From assembly GCF_001194135.2 (NCBI RefSeq), contig NC_068995.1:55930642-55994641 (forward strand): 64,000 nucleotides of DNA, read 5' to 3'. Made by a program: the position numbers and the translations under genes. Below the pieces are notes generated by a model, which worked only from the letters and a program-made list of their open reading frames with translations, was not told the DNA's origin and ran no database searches. Of the stretch, positions 1 through 9,510 are shown piece after piece; position 1 is the first letter of the stretch; each line of letters starts with the position of its first letter. This DNA comes from Octopus bimaculoides. Taxonomy: Eukaryota.

Positions 1-730
1 GGTCAGTAATCTTTCCAGTATCTTTTACAAGACATGTTACCGGGGAGCCCTACCAGTTCGGGATAAGCTCACTAGACACAATCATCCTGGCCCCTCGGCC
101 TGTCCAAGATGCGGGTGGGACGTGGAAACCGTCCCGCACCCTATTGTTCACTGTCCGAGTGTGTCAGAAGTGTGGGCTTATGCAGAACACCTGTTGTCAG
201 ATGTGAGGGGAGTACAGCTATCGTCTGAGTCAATTTAAAAAAATTGACCCACCGGATTTCCTTACGGAAGAAGGTAAGAATTGTTTTCTCGTGGTAGTAG
301 CAATCGCAAAAGAGGTGATTTGGAAGTCGAGAGTGAAAGAAATAATGACAGGTAGCTTCGTTTCCGGCCTCGCGTTGGTGAATGTCTTCACTTTTCACCT
401 GAAAAGAAAAGTGGGGTTAAAGAAGAGATGCCTGTAGGCGAGAATGTACAAAGATAGATGGATACGTGTAGCACGAATGTTGGGTATGAAAGACTCTACA
501 TGAACACGCTATAAAGATGACCAGAAGGTGTCGGTAGAGAAGCAGGGCTCGTGGGGTCGGAGCCTGTTTTAATATCTCATTTCTGTTTTTATTGTTTTGT
601 AATTGTCTTTCGATTATCATTCGATTTTCATATTTGATTATTTAATTTTATAACAATCCTTATGTGTCTGACCCCAATCAGGCTGTATCGTCCCCTCTGT
701 ATGTCCCCTTGTGGGAAATAAAGTAATAAT
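1..730 (+). mobile_element. Tx1/L1-clade non-LTR retrotransposon, 3' end (ORF2 C-terminus with zf-RVT zinc knuckle, 3' UTR)
   Basis: Frame from nt 2 reads YRGALPVRDKLTRH..SACPRCGWDVETVPHPIVHCPSVSEVW (zf-RVT-like CCHC). After a frameshift it reads FLVVVAIAKEVIWKSR..VSGLALVNVFTFHLKRKV..RWIRVARML, with internal stops. The 3' UTR ends in AATAAAG at 717-723. Confidence 0.85.
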
Positions 731-1044
731 CTTTTACAAGACTTTGCTGTTTACAGTGTTTTCGTTCTTTCTATAAAAAAAAGAAAAAAATCTCAGAATA
801 TTGTTTGTGTTGTATTGAAAGATCACAGCTCCAGTAGAATGTCGCAGGAAAAATCGCAAGAGAGATTCTCCGATCCGAAACAATCGGACAGTCCAACGAA
901 GATTATGAGGCCGAAACTTCGAAGTCACTATTACTCTTCTTGTAAAAGCGTACATAATAGATATGTACTTTTCAGTAATTCTTCAGTCGAATGTTAAATT
1001 GTTTTATAACTCGACAAAAGAGAAAATTAATCTGCATCTAATGC

Positions 1045-1091
<47 letters not shown>

Positions 1092-2227
1092 GGTTGACAA
1101 CTGCCTGTATGTGTAAGCACACTTCTGTGTAGGTGTGTGTGTGAGCATGTGAGTGTATGGGTGTGCGTGTGTGTTCATCTGTATGAAGACGGTGATTGTT
1201 GCGATGTTTCTTTGTTTTACTGAATATATTTATGGTAGAGAGACATAAACAGAATAAGATATCAGCTACAATCTTCTTCGGTGTATTTTAGAGAATTCCA
1301 TTGGTAGGGTGTTGAGAGACAGAGACCAGGCACAGACATGGTGGGTATATAGTAGAGCCAGGAGTGTTAATTTAAGCCAAATTCTCATTCCCCCACCCAC
1401 CTACCCCAACAGTAAAAAAAAAACAAACGGACACATAAAACATAAATGAAAAGAATAATACACCAGGAACTTAACATTAAAAGAATCTTTAAAAATCTTT
1501 TAGTTTTAGATTATTTCTTAACCAACATTAAAAAAATATGACGTCTGCTCATATGAGTAAAACCGCTCTGGGATTAGTTCAGATTAGAATGGATTAAATG
1601 GGATTAAGTTTAAGTGGTTTGGGAAATCTGGTACCTGAAATTGCCAAATACTTTCGATGAGGTTTTTGGAGAATTATTTTGACTGTGGTTTCCGCAAGTT
1701 TTGGTTGTCTTACCACAAGAAATATGAAATTCCTAACAGCCGAATATAAGACAGCGGTTGGAAACTCCAAAGTAATTAATCTTTTAATTCTTGCAATATA
1801 CTATAAACTGTGATGAGTTTTTATATACAAGAGAGGATTAGAGAAATGGTAAGATATATTATGGTGTAAAAATTGTTGGATCCTAGAAAACTATGATTAT
1901 TTGATTTGGTTTGGTATTTCACGAGTTCAAATTTTGCTTCCTGATTGACATAAGACGTCAATACTTTATATTTATTATTGCTCCAACACGGCCGCAGTCA
2001 AATGACTGAAACAAGTAAAAGAATATATATNNNNNNNNNNNNNNNNNNNNNNNNNNNNNNNNNNNNNNNNNNNNNNNNNNNNNNNNNNNNNNNNNNNNNN
2101 NNNNNNNNNNNNNNNNNNNNNNNNNNNNNNNNNNNNNNNNNNNNNNNNNNNNNNNNNNNNNNNNNNNNNNNNNNNNNNNNNNNNNNNNNNNNNTATATAT
2201 ATATATATATATTATTTTTATATTCAT

Positions 2228-2405
2228 TAAGGTGGTGAGATGACAGAACTGTTGGCAGGCCGGACAAAAAGCTAAGCGGCATTTCGTCCGTCTTCACGTT
2301 CTGAGTTCATATGCCGTCGAGATCGAGTTTGCGTTTGAGCATTGGGGGTCGATGTCCTTTCCACCAAAATTTCAGGCCTTGTGCCCAAAGCAGAAGGGAT
2401 TATTT
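2228..2405 (+). mobile_element. tRNA-derived SINE family A (internally deleted copy)
   Basis: Head TAAGGTGGTGAG..CAGAA, body GCATTTCGTCCGTCTTCACGTTCTGAGTTCA, tail CAGGCCTTGTGCC..GAAGGGATTATT; matches many other copies in the window. Confidence 0.8.
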
Positions 2406-2419
2406 TAATTCTTAGCATG

Positions 2420-2580
2420 CCGGATAATTCAGTGAGGGTCAAACGGAAGAAGGGGAATAACTGGCACAAGTAAAATGCATACAAAGGTGGAATGGTACTC
2501 TTTGTCAGTCACGACAGTTACTTCAGAAATAGTGAGCGTAATATTAAAAAATGCGGATGAGACCGAGTCACAACTTAAAC
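2420..2580 (+). repeat. Left arm of ~155-bp inverted repeat (partner 3493-3648)
   Basis: Its reverse complement aligns along its length with 3493-3648, e.g. TTGTGACTCGGT.TCATCCGCATTTTTT and GCATTTTACTTGTGCCAGTTATT. Confidence 0.85.
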
Positions 2581-2714
2581 TAGCATATTACATATCCGCC
2601 TGACGAAATACAATGGTGATAGTAAAAGATATATCTGATGACATATAAACCATCGTGACTTTGTCAGAAAGTACGAGCAGGTCATAATCACCGAAGTAAG
2701 CATTATTTTCACTT

Positions 2715-2800
2715 AAGCAGGCTGGAGCCAATTGAAATGAAGAGTCTTGCTCAAGGACTCGGTGGGTCGCCTGGCACAGGAAATCCAACCGACGACCTTT
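2715..2800 (-). mobile_element. SINE family C fragment
   Basis: Reverse complement contains GAGTCCTTGAGCAAGACTCTTCATTTCAATTGGCTCCAG, matching the family C core at 5322 and 7680. Confidence 0.55.
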
Positions 2801-3316
2801 TGAAGGTGAACACAATATCGTTTGGGGGAAGATGGGGGTGACATGATAAAACTCTGTTGCTTCTCGTGAAGCAGAGTTGAGGTATTTCCTTTTTCCCTCG
2901 CTGTTCGACAAGCTATTGAGATACTGATGCATTTCCATAGTCGCGCTTCTTTGCCAGACAGGCTTTCTCCACCAGGTAACTCCTATCAGAGACAACACTT
3001 GTTTGAGGTAGATTCGGCGAAAGAAGAAAGCACAAGAGACACTTATGCTGCTTCGCATTTCAAATTCTCCATTCATTCTCCTTTCTCATTTTCTTCCTTG
3101 TTTAATTTCTTTGAAAAGTTGATTTTCGAAGATTGAATTAGTATATGGTTTCAAAACAGGTTCTTTTGCTTTTGTGTTCAAAGGGGGCATATTCAATGTT
3201 ACCCCCCTTCTTGCTTTTAGCTTTTATTGGTTTTCTAGTCGAGAAACCCAGGCTGAAAATTATCGTAAATATTAAAATTCTGGAAAATATGTGTTAAACA
3301 GAAATTCTTTTTTTTT

Positions 3317-3492
3317 AATTTCTTTATTGCCCACAAGGGGCTAAACATAGAGGGGACAAACAAGGACAGACAAAGAGACTAAGTCGATTACATCAACCAC
3401 AGTGCGTAACTGGTGCTTATTTAATCGACCCCGAAACGATGAAAGGCAAAATCGACCTCGGCGGAATTTGAACTCAGAGCGTAACGGCAGAC
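3317..3492 (-). mobile_element. SINE family A variant with Tx1-like 3' tail
   Basis: Body identical in type to family A (GAACTCAGA B box; GAGGTCGATTTTGCCTTTCATCGTTTCGGGGTCGAT). The tail differs: TGTCCTTGTTTGTCCCCTCTATGTTTAGCCCCTTGTGGGCAATAAAG. Confidence 0.85.
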
Positions 3493-3648
3493 GTTTAACT
3501 TGTGACTCGGTATCATCCGCATTTTTTAAATATTACGCTCAGTATCTCCATAGCAACTGCTTTGACTAACAAAGAATACCGTTCCACCTTTGCATTTTAC
3601 TTGTGCCAGTTATTTCCCTTCTGTTTCGCTCTCACTGGATTTTACCGC
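3493..3648 (-). repeat. Right arm of ~155-bp inverted repeat (partner 2420-2580)
   Basis: See left arm; roughly 80% identity by eye. Confidence 0.85.
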
Positions 3649-4374
3649 TTCAGACCGTTCGTTATTTGCCTGAAAGTTCGAACAGTCTAATTTGGGAAAC
3701 GTAACGACGACACTTTCAAAATTTGTTGTGTAAGTATTTTGAGAACACTTCACTGTGCTTTATTCACTAATTTTTGTTCCATTTTTCAGAAGATAATTTC
3801 TTTCATGACATTTTTATCTGTTACTCATATTAAATACGTTTTTTTTTTGTTGTTGTTTTTTCTTTAGATGTCAAAAATTGTTAAGTTTATATTTTCTATA
3901 CACCAATACAACTAGCAAAACGTTGTATCTTCATTTGCTGCTACAAGTTTCCATCATGGCTTTTCAATATTTCTTTATTTCTGTAAGTGTCAGTTAGCTA
4001 TTGCAATACATATTTGTGACTGTTCTGTATTTGACGGCATATAAAACACTTCTTTTTACTAAAATAGTAACTTAAAAAAAAAAACACCTTGAGGTCCTAC
4101 AGGCGAAGTTGCATTAAATAATACATTCTTTAATGCGCTAAAAATTCTTTTCTTCTTAACCCTCTCAGGCCTGGGCCTCTGTGTCTAACTTCACCCGCAA
4201 CTTGGTCTCCTGAGCAAAATAAATAGTTCACATATACAGCTCAAGAGTAACAATAGCTGACAAACTAATCGACAGAATTGGTTGCATCTTCTGTTCCTGC
4301 GTGTGTTGTTCATTACCAGGAATCGAGCAAAGATGTCGTTTCAACTATTTCCACTAAAGCGGGAACACGGCGTG

Positions 4375-4800
4375 ACAGGGCTTTATTTGCCTATAATGGC
4401 ATACATAGATATAAAACAAGGAGGACAAACAACGGACATTCTTACAGGGGAGTGGGGGTCCATGTTGTGATTACAAATATGAAGATCAAGGTGAAAAAAC
4501 GTTATGAGTTAAAAATTTAAATGAATATATAGTTATAAGTTTTAATTTATAATTTTTACTCCGATTTCTATTTCAACCCATCAGTTTCGATCCATTCGTT
4601 ACCCCACCCTTTTTTTCCCTCCTCCTTTTCTGTTTTGATCAGCTACACCAGCACGGCCCCATACATACTCAACTTTCTTACCACATTTTTCCATCATTTC
4701 TCCTACATGCTGTGAGGCAGGTACTTTCTCTCCAGACGGATCTTCCTCACGAGGTGGAAGTTGAACCACCTTACCAACCCCTATCCGGAGATAAACTACT
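4375..4800 (-). mobile_element. Second, divergent Tx1/L1-clade LINE 3' end
   Basis: Minus frame FISG*GLVRWFNFHLVRKIRLERKYLPHSM*EK*WKNVVRKL aligns with VSGLALVNVFTFHLKRKVGLKKRCL*ARMYKDRWIRVARML of the first copy. The 3' UTR ends in hairpin + AATAAAG at 4401-4381. Confidence 0.75.
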
Positions 4801-4814
4801 AAAGCTGAGGTTCA

Positions 4815-4855
4815 CCTGATAGGTCGGTGCGTCTTTTATACCTTGAAATACGGGA
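4815..4855. mobile_element. Isolated pogo/Tigger-like terminal inverted repeat remnant
   Basis: Reverse complement CCGTATTTCAAGGTATAAAAGACGCACCGAC resembles pogo-type TIRs (CCGTATTT..TATAAGACGCACC); no partner end found. Confidence 0.4.
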
Positions 4856-5321
4856 TATCTGTTCGTGTTGTTGACGAACTAATCAAAAATATTTTAAACG
4901 AAAAGCTTCAAAATCATATATGTTCTTACTCAGTATTTACAATTAAATATTTAAATATAGTTTATTTCAGTCAGTACACCCCTATTTGTTTGAAATGAGT
5001 TTTAAAATAACCGTGTCACAATGCAACTTCAAATTTTCCCGTTCTCTTAGTGGAGTTGATCCACAGTTGTTGGCATTGACCGTTGTTGAAGTCATTTTCC
5101 CCTGTCAAAATTACATAAATCCTATTCGAAATCCACCGAGCCTTACACGTGTTAGGGTTTCTTTTTCTAATTGTATTCACATTTGTTTCAAATTCAAAGT
5201 CGCTACTATTAAATTAGAAGCGAATTCCCTTTTCAAAAATGGTACAACTAATTCCTTTTAAATATTTCCGTATTTCTTTACGTGTCATTGGTCTGTGAAT
5301 ACGTCTGACATTAAAGTTTGA

Positions 5322-5470
5322 GCGGTGAACTCCCGATCGTTAGGTCATGAGTTCGATTCTCGGACCAGTAGGGTTTTGTGTCGTTGAGTAAGGCATTTTA
5401 TTTTACATCGCCTCAGTCCACTCAGCTGAAAATGGATAACAGAAACAGCCGGAGAATTAACCCTGTAATT
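5322..5470 (+). mobile_element. SINE family C (tRNA head + CORE-like segment)
   Basis: B-box-like GAGTTCGATTCTC followed by TGTGTCGTTGAGTAAGGCATTTTATTT..CAGTCCACTCAGCTG. Confidence 0.65.
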
Positions 5471-5892
5471 ACTAAAAGATTTATGCCCAAATTTGAAACG
5501 GTTCCATTGCTTCTGGGATGGAGAAAAGCTGTTTCTGACAGAATGAGAAACGGCCGGAACGGAATGAGACAGATGGGCGCAGCACTTTGGATGCTGATAT
5601 GGCATGGCTGACTGGGCATTCAAGCTGCTTTAGCGCTGCAGGCAAGCGCGCGAGCGCAGAAATGTACACAATATAGAATGAGAGAGATTATAGTTTAATT
5701 GACGATTGACATAAGCATTTTCCTTCTCAAACGCATAAGAGAAATATGTTCACAGAGAGAGAGAGAGAGAGAGATTAAAAAGCTGGATGTCCCATAAACC
5801 AGCGTCAAACCAACGGCACCAAATAGGCGGGGCCAGGACGGCTATGGCAACACGTTTCATAAGTGAGAAAGAGAGGAATGTGATTTAATATT

Positions 5893-6303
5893 GGTTTTAA
5901 ATTTTGGCACAAGGCCAGCAATTTATGGGGAGGAGGCATAACGATTACATCGACCCCAGTGCGTATCTGGTACTTATTTTATATACTCCTAAAGGATGAA
6001 AGCTAAAGTCGACCTCGACAGAATTCGAGGTCGAACGTAGAGACAGACGAAATGCTGCTAGGCATTTCGCTCTGCGTGTTACCGATTCTGCCAGGTCGCT
6101 GCCTTAAGAGATGGGATTTAATATTGATTCCAAGTTTTGGTACAACGCCAGTAAGCTCGCGCGTGGAGATAGGTATTTACTTGATCCGGTTTTTACTTTA
6201 TCCATCACGAAAAAGATGAGAGGCAAAGTGGACCTCAACGGAATTTGAACACGAAATGTGATTTAATATTGTGTGCTATTTTATCGACGTTCTACCGGTT
6301 CTA
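5893..6303 (-). mobile_element. Two tandem SINE family A copies (5893-6106, degenerate 6125-6303)
   Basis: GGCACAAGGCC..TACATCGACCCCAGTGCG..GGTACTTA..GGATGAAAG.TAAAGTCGACCTCG..GACGAAATGCTGCTAGGCATTTCG..GATTCTGCCAGGTCGCTGCCTTA, then a second decayed unit. Confidence 0.8.
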
Positions 6304-6507
6304 CTATCTCAAGAAAAATAATCCATTGACTTGTATGCAACCCAAGATCGAAACCTTCACCAATGTCTTCAACGCGTCCTTCATTTCCTCAGTAAAAAAA
6401 AAATATTACATACGATTCTACGTTTCTTTAAAATAGTTATGTTTAATCGTGTTTCGTTTTCAATTAAATGTTTTTTGCAGGTGTGTTTACACATGTATGT
6501 TTGTAAA

Positions 6508-6544
<37 letters not shown>

Positions 6545-6700
6545 ATTTTTGTATTTGCATTAATGTGTGTGTATATATGCGTAATTGTATTTGTGTGCAT
6601 AGACAAGTGCGCGTGAATGTATTTCCTTGCAAGTTATACGTCTCTCTCTGTGATTTTATTCCATATGGCATTTTATAAACACACACACACACGTGTGTAA

Positions 6701-6751
<51 letters not shown>

Positions 6752-7679
6752 GCGACGGAGTCAGAGGCGGTCTGAGAATCTATATACTAGCAAACAATTT
6801 ATTCATATATTTCTTCTGCCTATAAACGAATATTTTTAGACGCTGTAAGCAATAATGATAATAATAATAATAATAAGTGAAATTAAAATGAAATAAATAA
6901 AATAAAAATCCATGCCAAAAAAATAAATCGAAAAACTATAAAGGTAAAATAGAAAAAAAAATATGCCGCAGTCTTAGACATTTATTGTAACACCTCGCCG
7001 CAGGAATTGGTTCATCCCTAAAGGACCCTAAAATAGCTATTTATGGAGATATTTACCAAAATGTTTACCATGTCTTGTATTTTTGTCCTCTTTATTGCTA
7101 TATTTTATTCATCTAATAATTCTACATAACTACTTTTCTGTTGGCCATATTCCGATAGATTATGATTATCATTATTATTAATATCATCATCGCCATTATT
7201 TTGCTCTGAAGACCGTACGCATCCTAACCACACACAAACACACACACACACACACACACACATATTTATGCACATATATATATATATATTGATTTCTGAC
7301 AACAATAATGAGTTAATTGGCGAGAAATGGTTGAAGAAAGGCGAGGATTCCTCCTTTCCCTTATCTACGTGGTGCTAAAATTTATTTACCAATTTTCGGT
7401 TTCTACATTTAGCAACTTGGGATGGGGAAATTGTGAACATTGATATTTAGACTATTGTTGTTTAACCCCAGGTCAGCCTTGATCCAGTAGAGCCATGATC
7501 GAAGGCATTCTCCTCTTTTTTTGTTTTTGGTTTGTATTTTGTTTTGCTTTTGTCTGAAAATCTCCCTACTTCATTCCTTATGTTTTTAAGGCGGTACAAA
7601 ATGGCGATTTGAGAGAGAATTCGCTACTAATTTTAGCAGCATGAATGACCCTGTAGACGCTCCATCCTTGTCTTCCCGA

Positions 7680-8000
7680 TAAAAGGATAAAGACCCGCTT
7701 CGGTCATGAATGCACTCAGAAAGTTACCCTCCGAGGCAGAAGTCCAAGCAAGATTGTTTATGGAAGACCAGCAGTCATCCATGCATACCAGTCCCCCCCT
7801 GTCCACACCACTGACCGATGTTATCCAAGGGAAAGGCAAAGGGGCCGATACAGCTTGGCACCAGTGACTTCGCAACTCATTTCTGCAGCTGAGTGAACTG
7901 GAGCATCGTGAAAGTAAAGTGTCTTGCTCAAGGACACAGTGAACAGCCCAATTTCCAAAAGTATTAATAGAAGTGAATCGTTTATAACCAGGAATCGAAA
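7680..8000 (-). mobile_element. SINE family C, near full length
   Basis: Minus strand reads GGTTTCGATTCCTGG..TGTGTCCTTGAGCAAGACACTTTACTTTCACGATGCTCCAGTTCACTCAGCTGCAGAAATGAG, followed by a long tail. Confidence 0.75.
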
Positions 8001-8149
8001 CCGGTCTTTTGTGCACTCCATTATTCTGAGAGCACTCAAAATGCGGGCTTTACTTACTGCCCGCGTTTACGTTCTGTGTTCAAAGCGCAACACAGTATAA
8101 ACTCTCTTGCGCATTTCGTCCTTCTTCTTGAGGGCATTAAATTATTTCA

Positions 8150-8435
8150 AATTTAGGTACAGGGCCAGCAGTTTCTTTAGAAGATGAGGTGTCGGTTACA
8201 TTAAACTCAGTACTTGACTGGTACTTGTTTTTATTGACTCCGAAAGGCAAAATCGACCTCGACGAAATTTGAACTCGGATCATGAAGACGGACGAAACGC
8301 CGCTTAGTATTTTGTCCGGTGCGCTAACGATTCTACCAGCTCTCGCCGCCTTTGAAGGCGATAAAGTGAATACCAGTCAAGTACTAAAGTTGATGTAATC
8401 GACTCTTCCCTCCGAGTCTGTGGCATTGTGCCGAT
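8150..8435. mobile_element. SINE family A copy (8150-8352, -) with inverted 3'-half copy (8360-8435, +)
   Basis: Family A consensus on the minus strand; 8360-8403 is the reverse complement of 8190-8238. Confidence 0.75.
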
Positions 8436-9389
8436 GTAAAATTTAAAAAATAGACAAAAATCAATATTTGGGGAAAAATTAATATCTTATATAGAAACAA
8501 AACTTGTATTTCACAAAAACTGAAGCAGAAAAAAACCCCCTCTTTTCTCCCTTCTATACCACTGCAAGAAATGCTTCATTCTTATACTCAGCAGCAATTC
8601 TAATAAACCCAGCAACCAACATGGGAATTGTTATGAATCATTTTGGTAAGTGGAGCGTGATTAAATTCTTTAATAGATTCATGTGCGTCGGAAACAAGTT
8701 CAATTTCCGTTCATTCCGTTGAAACTCGATGATCAACAATGTCCAATTCGGTTGACGCATTGAAATAGAAATTGAAAAACAAACTAGTGAAAGAACATTT
8801 ATCCATTACCGATATAAATAAATAATGAAACAAGCGATTGTTTCCCGGTCATTCAAGAGAAGTTGCAGCATTAGGGTTTCGTCTCAACGACAAACTGACC
8901 AATCAGCTGTCTGGATGTGAGTCACAACAAATGTATTCTGGTCGCGACACCTGTCAGAGACGTTGTTACGAATTATTCATTCTAACACTGTTCTCAGCTT
9001 TTCAGAATGTTTTCTAGTTCCACAAACAACAGACACGCCACATTTTCTTAGTTTCTCGTTGTTTGCATAGGACTTCAGAAATAATGGCACGGTTTAATAT
9101 AGACACGAAATAGCAGCAGATACCGATGGGATTTAGTCGTTAGTTATGTTTGAGAGAAAGTTTCAATGACTGAAAATACAAAACTGTTTAGAAATTGAGC
9201 TTCGATATATAACTTGACGTTTAAGATAAAAATAAAAGATGGCCGCACATGAATAACAGCGCGCAGTATAATAAGAGTTTGCTACCTTAACTGGATAATA
9301 TATTATGTTGTATAAGCCCTAATCGAACAAAGATATGTTCAACCGTAGTCCACCTGTGCCCATCCTATTTATTTTATCATCAGATAACA

Positions 9390-9510
9390 GTCCACTCAAC
9401 TGGCAAAAAATAAGCTGTACTTGTAATTTACAATGGACCAGCCTTGTTTCATTCGAAGTTACGCTGAATCTCCCGGAGAACTACGTTAAGGGTACGCGTG
9501 CCTGTGGAGT
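9390..9510 (-). repeat. Old interspersed repeat fragment (family E; also ~48915-49020 + and ~52565-52670 +)
   Basis: Shared motif CACTCCACAGGCACGCGTACCCTTAACGTAGTTCTCCGGGAGATTCAGCGTAAC, with degenerate matches at the two other loci. Confidence 0.5.

Noticed and set aside
902-926. Hammerhead-like ATTATGA-GGCC-GAAA-CTTCGAAG-TC with a perfect palindrome ACTTCGAAGT and a GUC triplet
   Set aside because: The essential C3 and G5 are missing and no stem I can be formed; at best a dead relic.
2588-3076. 162-aa minus-strand ORF inside the inverted-repeat pair (possible transposase)
   Set aside because: It runs through a SINE-C fragment and shows no DDE or other recognisable motif.
3544-3557. RFX X-box match ATCTCCATAGCAAC
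   Set aside because: It lies in one arm of the inverted repeat and is not conserved in the other arm; likely chance.
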